From Pseudobdellovibrionaceae bacterium (GTDB lineage: Bacteria; Bdellovibrionota; Bdellovibrionia; Bdellovibrionales; Bdellovibrionaceae): 15,486 nucleotides of DNA. The stretch's first letter is position 1, and every line of letters starts with the position of its first letter. The notes beneath the pieces are model-generated. The model saw only the letters and a program-made list of their open reading frames with translations. It was not told the origin of the DNA and made no database searches. Below, piece after piece: positions 1 to 7,369 of the stretch. Position numbers and translations under genes: made by a program. The DNA lies in NCBI GenBank assembly GCA_041288045.1, contig JBGGMM010000078.1, forward strand, positions 1-15,486, given 5' to 3'.

Positions 1-1
1 C

Positions 2-841
2 ATTCAGCACAACTGGATGGAAAATTTGGGATTTCAAATCGGAAAATTTGGCACTGACATCGGCGGCATCGAAGGCATGACCAATTCCGCTGACTTGTAT
101 TTAAAGTCGCAAGCTTATGGCGGCGGCACTCTCACCACCACCAATGCTTTAGGCACTGTCAGCTATCTTGAAACAGAAAATTACCGATACGCCACGGGCC
201 TCAAGGCAATGTCCAAATTCGCTGGCAATGAAATCTCTTTGATGCTGCTCAATCAAGAAACTCCTGCCGTGGATGGTGCTGGTAAATTCTATCAAAGCCG
301 CAATGGATACGGACTTGTATGGAAGGGTGAATTCCTAGATCAGACCTTGAAGCCAGTTCTCAGTTGGCATCAAGACAATCTGCAAACCCAAGCCAACGTC
401 CCCGCCGTCACGATGGCCAACACCAGTGATAAAAAATATGATTACTATGCCGCTGGTCTGAAATACGACTGGGAACCCTTCTTCATCGAGCTTGATTACC
501 TCTACAACACTTACCTCAATCGAAGCACTGTCGATGAAGCCGACAAAACCAGCTCTGTCGTTGGCACTTTGGGTGGGCGAATGGAAAACTGGGTGGCAAG
601 ACTGAAAGTCGAATCCTCTGAAACAGAAATTTTCACAGGCACTGGCTCTTCAACAAAGCCAAAGCTGATGGGCTACCAAGCCGCTCTCGAATATTTACCC
701 ACAGGCGATAAATCCTACCGCTACCATTTGGCCTATGTCCAAAAAGACCAAATGCCCGACCTCTCTGGTGCCGGCTCCGACACTCAAACAGTCCAGCAAG
801 TTTTCGCTGGCGTTCGATTGTTTGCTGATTTCTTAAAGTGA
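2..841 (+). CDS. Probable outer-membrane beta-barrel/porin-like protein, 5'-partial (frame open to the window edge)
   Basis: Frame is open from position 2 (IQHNW-MENLGFQIGKF...), so ATG 17 is probably internal. Alternating amphipathic strands rich in Y/G/W (YGLVWKGEF, YYAAGLKYDW, FFIELDYLY, YRYHLAYVQ) and a terminal strand VFAGVRLFADF. TGA stop at 839-841. Product is inferred from sequence pattern only. Confidence 0.6.
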   Translation: MQHNWMENLGFQIGKFGTDIGGIEGMTNSADLYLKSQAYGGGTLTTTNALGTVSYLETENYRYATGLKAMSKFAGNEISLMLLNQETPAVDGAGKFYQSRNGYGLVWKGEFLDQTLKPVLSWHQDNLQTQANVPAVTMANTSDKKYDYYAAGLKYDWEPFFIELDYLYNTYLNRSTVDEADKTSSVVGTLGGRMENWVARLKVESSETEIFTGTGSSTKPKLMGYQAALEYLPTGDKSYRYHLAYVQKDQMPDLSGAGSDTQTVQQVFAGVRLFADFLK

Positions 842-862
842 TTGCTATTCATTCCTTAAATG

Positions 863-894
863 AAAAAAAGGGAAACTTTTTGTTTTCCTTTTTT
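863..894. terminator. Bidirectional rho-independent terminator between convergent genes
   Basis: AAAAAAAGGGAAAC-TTTTT-GTTTTCCTTTTTT: a stem with one G.U pair on the + transcript, flanked by A and T tracts. It lies between the + strand stop (841) and the lipB stop (893-895), overlapping the latter. Confidence 0.8.
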
Positions 895-1495
895 ATGGAA
901 CTGATGGATTTGGCAGCTTTTGAAAGAGCTCGTTGGTGAAATAGAGAATCCATTCGTCAAAAGCTTCCTTGAGATCGATTTCATGGCCGTGCAGATGAAG
1001 CGAATCCAGGGCTCTGGCGATTTGGCCGCAGGATTTGATTCCACCAAAGAGCTCCAAGTCGTTGTTGATATTGATGGAAATTCCGTGGCGAGTGATTCCT
1101 TTTTCGACCCGGATTCCGATAAAGGCGATCTTTCCATTCGGTGTGAAGACGCCAGCGTCTTCTTTTCGGAAGGCTTCGATGGAGTATTTTTTAAGCCACT
1201 CGATGGTGGCTTCTTCCAGCAGATAAATGAAATCTCGCACCGAAATATTGAGCTTTCGAATCGGCACTAGAGGATAAATCACCAATTGCCCTGGCGAGTG
1301 AAGTGTTGCTTGTCCACCTCGGTCGATTTCTGCAATTTCAAAACCTTGTTGAAGCAGCTTTTCTCTGGAACCAAAGAGCTCAGTCTCGACTTCTGCCCTT
1401 TTCCCGAGCGTGATCACTGGATAGTACTCAAATCCCAGAACCACCGGAAAGCCCGAGCTTTCCACCAACTGGTAGGCTTGGCTTTGGACGTCCAT
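893..1495 (-). CDS. lipB: Lipoyl(octanoyl) transferase LipB; true start possibly ~14 codons upstream (1537)
   Basis: Motifs EYYPVITLGKR, DRGGQATLHSPGQLVIYP, KIAFIGIRV..GITRHGISIN and the catalytic-Cys motif IKSCG. The frame continues upstream of ATG 1495 as IKTTYFGLTSFQRS, resembling the LipB N-terminal strand/helix. Confidence 0.93.
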   Translation of the reverse strand: MDVQSQAYQLVESSGFPVVLGFEYYPVITLGKRAEVETELFGSREKLLQQGFEIAEIDRGGQATLHSPGQLVIYPLVPIRKLNISVRDFIYLLEEATIEWLKKYSIEAFRKEDAGVFTPNGKIAFIGIRVEKGITRHGISININNDLELFGGIKSCGQIARALDSLHLHGHEIDLKEAFDEWILYFTNELFQKLPNPSVP

Positions 1496-1537
1496 AGAGC
1501 GCTGAAATGAAGTGAGTCCAAAATAAGTGGTCTTGAT

Positions 1538-1633
1538 AGGGTGCCTTTCTCTTTTTGCTTCACACGCCGCATTGATGCCCTGTCATTACCAGAACTTGCG
1601 GCGGCGTGTGAAGCAAAAAGAGAAAGGCACCCT
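1538..1633. repeat. Perfect 33-bp inverted repeat with 30-bp spacer (96 bp; REP/MITE-like hairpin or invertible segment)
   Basis: 1538-1570 AGGGTGCCTTTCTCTTTTTGCTTCACACGCCGC is the exact reverse complement of 1601-1633 GCGGCGTGTGAAGCAAAAAGAGAAAGGCACCCT. Spacer is 1571-1600. Confidence 0.97.
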
Positions 1634-1647
1634 CGGCCCCTCGGCAG

Positions 1648-2571
1648 TCAGTAGAGTTCGACTCGGTCGTTTTCTTTGAAGCCAGCACCGCTGTGGATGA
1701 TGGCAATGGAGCCGTCTTGGCCGAAGTAGCTGACCACTTCGAGAGTCCCCTTCAGGCGGCCTGGGACCTTGCCAATGTAATTTCCTGATTGAGGGTCGTA
1801 GATCTCATCCCCCTCGTCGCTGACTTTGAGAATGTCGCCAACCTGAAGGCCAGAGACTCGACCGACATTGAGAAAAATCCGATCGCCGCTGAGGCCTGCA
1901 ATCCGGCCCTCCCAGGACATTTTATCCATGGTCTCAAGAATCTGCGGAGTGAAATCCAAAAAAGCTTCTTTGACTAAATTTTCCAAGATCTCAGGATTGT
2001 TCTGAAAAAAACGATCGGAACTGGCGTTTTCAGCGACTCGCACATTGGACTCTTCAATGGTCACCGTTTTCAGAGTGTTAAAAAGCTCTTTCCCAGATCT
2101 TGCCGAAGCAATTCGCACTCGAACCTGAGCTTCGAATGTGGTTTTCATCTGACGAAAAACCCCGACATCATCGGATTTGCGCTTCACTTTCAAATCCTCA
2201 ACCCGGCCCTCCAGCAGAGCTGCCACACCTAAATCTTTGGCGACTTTGGCGATTTCATCCAGTTTGTATTCGCCATTTTGAATGTTCTTGGAAAAATCCA
2301 TTTTCAAATCTTTGCTATCTAAAACAATCACTTCGCCGGTTTTATTCAACTCGTAAATGAATTCAGCCCGAGCCGCATCCCGCAAGGACTGAGGTCTGGC
2401 TTCATTCGAATCCAGAAAGGGAAGAATCATCAAACGCTTTCGCGGAGAGGCATCTTCTTTGCGAGCCGCCTGGCTCACATCGCGAATTTCTTTTTTGATT
2501 GTGGGTCTTTCCGGATCGGTCACACAGGAAAGAAGAGAAAAACTCAAAACACAAAGCAATAGCTTCTTCAT
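1648..2571 (-). CDS. Lipoprotein with CsgG/TolB-N/FlgT-middle-like domain and FlgT C-terminal-like beta domain
   Basis: Signal peptide with lipobox (MKKLLLCVLSFSLLS-C). RLMILPF...AKVAKDLGVAALLEGRV...AQVRVRIASARSGKELF is a TolB-N/CsgG-like pattern. WEGRIAGLSGDRIFLNVGRVSGLQVGDILKV..G.EIYDPQSGNYIG resembles FlgT C-terminal-like domains. SD AGGA upstream. Family assignment is by motif recall. Confidence 0.7.
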   Translation of the reverse strand: MKKLLLCVLSFSLLSCVTDPERPTIKKEIRDVSQAARKEDASPRKRLMILPFLDSNEARPQSLRDAARAEFIYELNKTGEVIVLDSKDLKMDFSKNIQNGEYKLDEIAKVAKDLGVAALLEGRVEDLKVKRKSDDVGVFRQMKTTFEAQVRVRIASARSGKELFNTLKTVTIEESNVRVAENASSDRFFQNNPEILENLVKEAFLDFTPQILETMDKMSWEGRIAGLSGDRIFLNVGRVSGLQVGDILKVSDEGDEIYDPQSGNYIGKVPGRLKGTLEVVSYFGQDGSIAIIHSGAGFKENDRVELY

Positions 2572-2603
2572 TGAAAAATCCTTTTTTCAAACGTCTTTCA
2601 ATT

Positions 2604-3773
2604 TTACTTTGCCAGACGGTAAACCACTTCTTTATCTGATACAGAGTCTACCACGATTTTAGTTCCCTTCAGATCGATTTCAGAAGCTTTTTGTGAGAGC
2701 TCCTTAGGACCAAGGGCCGAGTCGATCTCATAAACAATGGAATCCGTACTGATCAGCCGCTCGCGCACATTTTTCACTTCGCGGACTTTGTTTTTAAGCG
2801 CCTCTTTAAAGGCCTCCTGCTGAGTCATCGGCAACCGCCCCCGCAAGGTCAGACGGTACAATGAAGCCCCCAATGCGCCCTTTTGCCAAGCTTCAAACAT
2901 CTGCGAAGCCAAGTCTTGGGAAGTGGCTTCGACAACTTCTTTCAGCTTTCGATCCACAACCGCTTCAAAAGCCCCGGACTCAGTTTCAAATTTTCTTGAA
3001 ACTTCGGCAATCACCCGTGAATTCACCAGCTGTGTGGCCGTTAGTTGAAGTGAAATCGAATAAGCATCGGAGCGCTCCTGGCTCTTGCTGATTTCAACTT
3101 CGCCATCCAGTAAAACTTGCGCCCCCAGTTTCTGCGCAAGCCCCTGCCAGTTGTCATTTCGAACGCTTTCTGATTTGGCTGAAGAAGGAAGAAAATCTGA
3201 ATATTTCAAGGATTGAGGTTTGAGCGAATAAAAATTATGTTTCAAAAATGCAGACTTCAAAACATTCTCTAAATTTCGTCCTTGTTTTAAAAGGAAGGCC
3301 TTTTGACTGATATCGGTTTCGGCCCACCAAGCAAAGCTTTTTGAATTCACTCGGTCTAAAAAGCGAATCGCCGGAAGCACAATCGGAGTGCTATCACTTT
3401 CATAAAAAAGACCATTTTCAAGCAGCAGAGCTTGGAGGTCATCCAAACTGACTTTTAAAATTGCCGTCATCTTAAAGCCTTCCGGTTGCAGATTTTCAAT
3501 CTCTCCCGGTTTGGAAAAAGGGATGTAGCGAGCCGAGTTTTTGATGATCTTCGACTGAATCAAAGATTTGTTGCGCGCGTATTTGGCATCACCAATGATC
3601 TCTTTGATCATTTCTTCTGAAGTTTTCTCGATGGCTTGATTGAGGATCTCTTGGCGGGCTGCCAGAGGATTTTTCTCTTTGCTTCGTCCTTCATAGGTTC
3701 TTTCTAAGAAAGTCTTTTGCGCTAAAGCCCAGGGACTGATCAGAAAAACCAAAAGCCAAATCCATTTTTTCAT
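2604..3773 (-). CDS. Secreted hypothetical protein, FlgT N-terminal/DUF2066-like
   Basis: 389-aa ORF, SD AAGGA, Sec signal peptide (MKKWIWLLVFLISPWALA-Q). N-terminal G.S....LAARQEILNQAIEK pattern as in FlgT-N/LPP20-like domains, and a later LAQKLGAQVLLDGEV TolB-N-like segment. CDS is solid, family tentative. Confidence 0.65.
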   Translation of the reverse strand: MKKWIWLLVFLISPWALAQKTFLERTYEGRSKEKNPLAARQEILNQAIEKTSEEMIKEIIGDAKYARNKSLIQSKIIKNSARYIPFSKPGEIENLQPEGFKMTAILKVSLDDLQALLLENGLFYESDSTPIVLPAIRFLDRVNSKSFAWWAETDISQKAFLLKQGRNLENVLKSAFLKHNFYSLKPQSLKYSDFLPSSAKSESVRNDNWQGLAQKLGAQVLLDGEVEISKSQERSDAYSISLQLTATQLVNSRVIAEVSRKFETESGAFEAVVDRKLKEVVEATSQDLASQMFEAWQKGALGASLYRLTLRGRLPMTQQEAFKEALKNKVREVKNVRERLISTDSIVYEIDSALGPKELSQKASEIDLKGTKIVVDSVSDKEVVYRLAK

Positions 3774-3810
3774 CAGATCGATCCTTTCTTTCTGCCAACC
3801 AATGGCTTGC

Positions 3811-6800
3811 TCATTTCACTTCAATAAACTGAGTGGTTCCGAAATGACTGTGGATATTCTCTAAAAGCTCATTGGAAATAGCAACTCCAGAAAGCCCTTC
3901 AGCTTCGATCAGAACCTCTTGCTGCAAGTCTTCCAAGAAAAGTTTAAAGTCCACCAGTGTCGGCCCCGGGAACTCGGAGAGAACCGAATACAAAACCGGG
4001 TATTGCTCTTGAGTCAAACCATCCAGTCGGAAAGTCATTTTTTTAGTTTTTTTCAAGGCCTCTTCCAAAGGAGAGAGATTGTCCACAATGATTTTGGCAA
4101 CCCCTTCATCGGAGACTTCCAAAAGCCCGGCAATCAAAAGCGGTCTTTCATCTTTTAAAAGAGTTTCAATTTTTGAAAAAGTATCCGGAAAAATCACCAA
4201 TTCACAAGCGCCCGTCAGATCTTCGACCTTGGCAAAGGCCATGCGAGTCCCTTTTTTGGTGATCAGCTCCCGAAGCTCAGTGATGAGCCCGGCCACGATC
4301 ACCCGTTTTTTACCAGCATCGCGGTTGCGTGGATCGTATCGCTTAGGAGCTTCATCTTTGACTTGCTTGTCGGCGAATTCTTTCCCGATGCGCGGAAGAT
4401 CCGCCACAGATCCAGTCACCCAAACAGAGGCCAGTGTTTCAAATCCTTTCAATGGATGATCACTGAGATAAAATCCCAGCACATCTTTTTCAAATGCCAA
4501 AGACACACTTCGACTCCAGGGCTTGATCGGATCCAAAGTCACTTTTGTTTCCTGATCGCCAGCCATTTCAAACAAAGAAGCCTGTCCCATTTCCAAATCT
4601 TTGCGGACATGCTCCGAGCGATCGAGAAATTTTTGATAGCCATTCATGATCTGCGCCCGGTGCGGGCCAAAACCGTCAAAAGCTCCTGCCTTGATCAAAC
4701 ACTCAATCACTTTTTTATTGAGCTTTCTCGTGTCCACAGTCTCAAAAAATTCTTCCAAACTAGAAAATTTTCCAGCCCCGCCTGGCAATTTCTGTCGAGC
4801 TTCCAAAATCGCCGTGATCGCCGATTCGCCAACCCCTTTGATGGCACCTAATCCAAAATAAATATCATCGCCGCGAACAGTGAAAAGATATTCCGAATAA
4901 TTCACATGCGCTGGCTTCACCTGAAGACCCCGCTTTTGCGCATCTTTGACGTATTTGACGATTTTATCAGTGTCAGAAATTTCAGTGCTCAGCAAAGCTG
5001 CGAAAAATTCAGCTGGGTAATGGCACTTCAGCCAAGCGGTTTGCAAAGTGACTACGCTGTAGGCGGCGGCGTGAGATTTATTGAATCCATAGTCCGCAAA
5101 TTTGTACATCAAATCAAAGAGCTCAGCTGATTTTTGCGAATCATGTCCCCGCTCCTTCGCTCCGTTCAAGAAGCGCTAGCGGTGCCGATCCATTTCATCT
5201 TTGATTTTTTTACCCATGGCCCGTCTGAGCATGTCGGCTTCGCCCAGGCTGTAACCGGCAATTTTAGAGGCAATGCCCATGACCTGCTCTTGATAGACCA
5301 TGATCCCATAAGTTTCGCGCAAAACCTCTTCAGTGTCCTTCAGCAGATATTCCACTGGTGATTCACCATTTTTTCGCTTGGTGAATTCGGGAATGTTGGC
5401 CATCGGGCCTGGACGGTACAAAGAAGTGATCGCAGTGATATCAGCAAAACTGGAAGGTTTGATTTTTCGAGTGGCATCAGTGATGCCCTCACCTTCAAAC
5501 TGAAAAATCCCGGCCGTGTCCCCCTTGGACATCATTTCAAAAACGGCGGCATCGTCCATAGGAATCTGACTGGTTGAGATTTTTTTCTGCCGGTTGTTTT
5601 CAATCAGATGGATGGCATGATCAATATGAGTGAGAGTTTTTAATCCTAAAAAGTCAAATTTGATCAGCCCAATTTTTTCAGCATGCTTCATGTCATACTG
5701 AACGACTTGCTCACCCTCAGCCCCTTTGTAAAGAGGCGCATGCTTCACCAGCTGACCATCGGCGATGATCACGCCAGCTGCATGAATCCCAGCGTGACGG
5801 ACCATTCCTTCAACTCTTTGAGCCAGATCCATCAATGTCGCCACTTGTGGATTCATCTCAATCATTTCCCGCAAACGCGGTTCCATTTCTAGGGCTTCTT
5901 TGAGATTGATATTGAGTTTTTCCGGAATCAACTTGGTGACGATATCAACTTCGGCAAAAGTCATCCCCAAAACCCGGCCCACGTCTTTGATCGCTGCCCG
6001 AGCCTGAAGCTTTCCGTAAGTGATGATCTGTGAGACGGAAGGAGCACCGTATTTTTCTGTGACGTACTGAATGACTCTTTGCCGACGATCCTGACAGAAA
6101 TCGATATCAAAATCCGGCATCGAAACCCGTTCGGGATTTAAAAAGCGCTCAAACAGAAGAAAATTCGGAATCGGATCCAAATCGGTGATGCGAAGAGCGT
6201 AGGCCACCAAAGAGCCTGCTCCGGAACCCCGGCCAGGACCCACCGGAATGTCATGCACTTTGGCCCAATTGATAAAATCTTGAACGATTAAAAAGTAGCC
6301 GTTAAAGCCCATGCGATCAATGATCGACAGTTCATATTCCAGACGCTTCCAGTAATCGGGTTTTTTCTCTTCGGGGATCGGATGCCCTAAGGCTTCGGCT
6401 TCTTGAAATCTTTTTTCCAAACCTTCCGAAGAAATCAATTTGATTTCTTCTTTCACTGAACTGCCACGCGTGATGGGAAAGCTCGGCAAGTGATAGACGG
6501 CTTTGCCGCTTTCATCTTTCAGTTTGAATTTGATCTGGCAGCGATCCGCGATTTCCAAAGTTCGATCACAAGCTTCTGGGACATCTTTAAAAAGCTCTCG
6601 CATTTGCTGAGAACTTTTTAAATAGAACTGATCCGAACCCAAACGAAAGCGGGATTCATCTTGCAAGGTTTTATTGCTGCCAATGCAAATCAAAACCTCT
6701 TGGGACATTTGATCGTCTTGGGATAAATAATGCACATCATTGGCAGCCACCACCGGCACACCAGTGATCTTGGAGGCTTCCAGCAAGAATGAATTGATCT

Positions 6801-7362
6801 CTTTCCATTCAGGGAGCCCCGTGCGGTTCATCTCAAGATAAAACCGATCTTCAAAGATGGCTTTCAGACCCCTGATTTTATCCAAGGCCTTCTCTGGGCC
6901 TTCAGTTAAAAAGCACTGAACGACCTCGCCGCGAATCCCGCCAGAAAGGGCAAGCAAGTGGGAATTGTATTTTTGGAGGACTTCATAATCGATGCGAGGC
7001 TTGTAATAAAATCCTTCTTGATAGCCAACGCTCGAAATCTGACAGAGGTTTTGATAGCCATCCAAATTTTGCGCCAGCAAAACCAATCGCGTGTTGGGTT
7101 TTGCAATCTCGTTTCGGTCCTGAGATTTTTGCAATCGAGATCCCGGGGCCAAATAACAATCCAGTCCCAGAATCGGTTTGATGTTTTTATCCAAAGCTGC
7201 AAAGTAAAATTCAATGGCTCCGAACATATTGCCATTGTCAGTGAGAGCAATCGCCGGCATGCCGTCTTCAGCAGCTTTTTTCACCAGGCCCTTGATGCGA
7301 GAGCTGGCCTCTAAAAGCGAATACTCAGAATGCACATGCAGATGAACAAAACTTGGATTCAA
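3811..7362 (-). CDS. dnaE: DNA polymerase III alpha subunit, interrupted by one in-frame TAG (codon 729; 1183 aa if read through)
   Basis: PHP N-terminus FVHLHVHSEYSLL, GPGRGSGAGSLVAY, catalytic MPDFDIDF and KFDFLGL, YQEQVM, ADMLRRAMGKK in 5176-7362. FADYGFNKSHAAAY, HhH GLGAIKGVG, EKDVLGFYLSDHP and OB fold TKKGTRMAF in 3811-5169. Both ORFs share one frame: CGC TAG CGC TTC TTG. TTG start at 7362 with GGGAG upstream. Confidence 0.96.
5176..5178 (-). other. In-frame amber (TAG) codon inside dnaE
   Basis: Plus strand CTA at 5176-5178. Minus strand reads ...ATG GAT CGG CAC CGC TAG CGC TTC TTG AAC GGA GCG (MDRHR*RFLNGA). Confidence 0.97.
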
Positions 7363-7369
7363 ATTTTTC

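Noticed and set aside
1538..1633. Rho-independent terminator or CRISPR repeat-spacer unit
   Set aside because: Stem and loop are too long and no U-tract follows. The repeats are inverted rather than direct, there are only two copies, and no cas genes are present.
3774..3810. Small GCCA/TGGC hairpin or sigma54 site after dnaE
   Set aside because: Only a 4-5 bp stem with no U-tract, and no correctly spaced GG-N10-GC motif on the coding strand.
5167..5178. Programmed frameshift, or two genuine genes with a TTG start at 5169
   Set aside because: Both ORFs are in the same frame and there is no slippery site. TTG 5169 has no SD and corresponds to an internal Leu.
5070..5220. Split-intein dnaE as in cyanobacteria
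   Set aside because: No intein N- or C-terminal sequence. The halves are contiguous and in frame, and the usual split point (here FADY/GFN) is intact about 30 codons downstream of the TAG, with Gly rather than Cys at +1.
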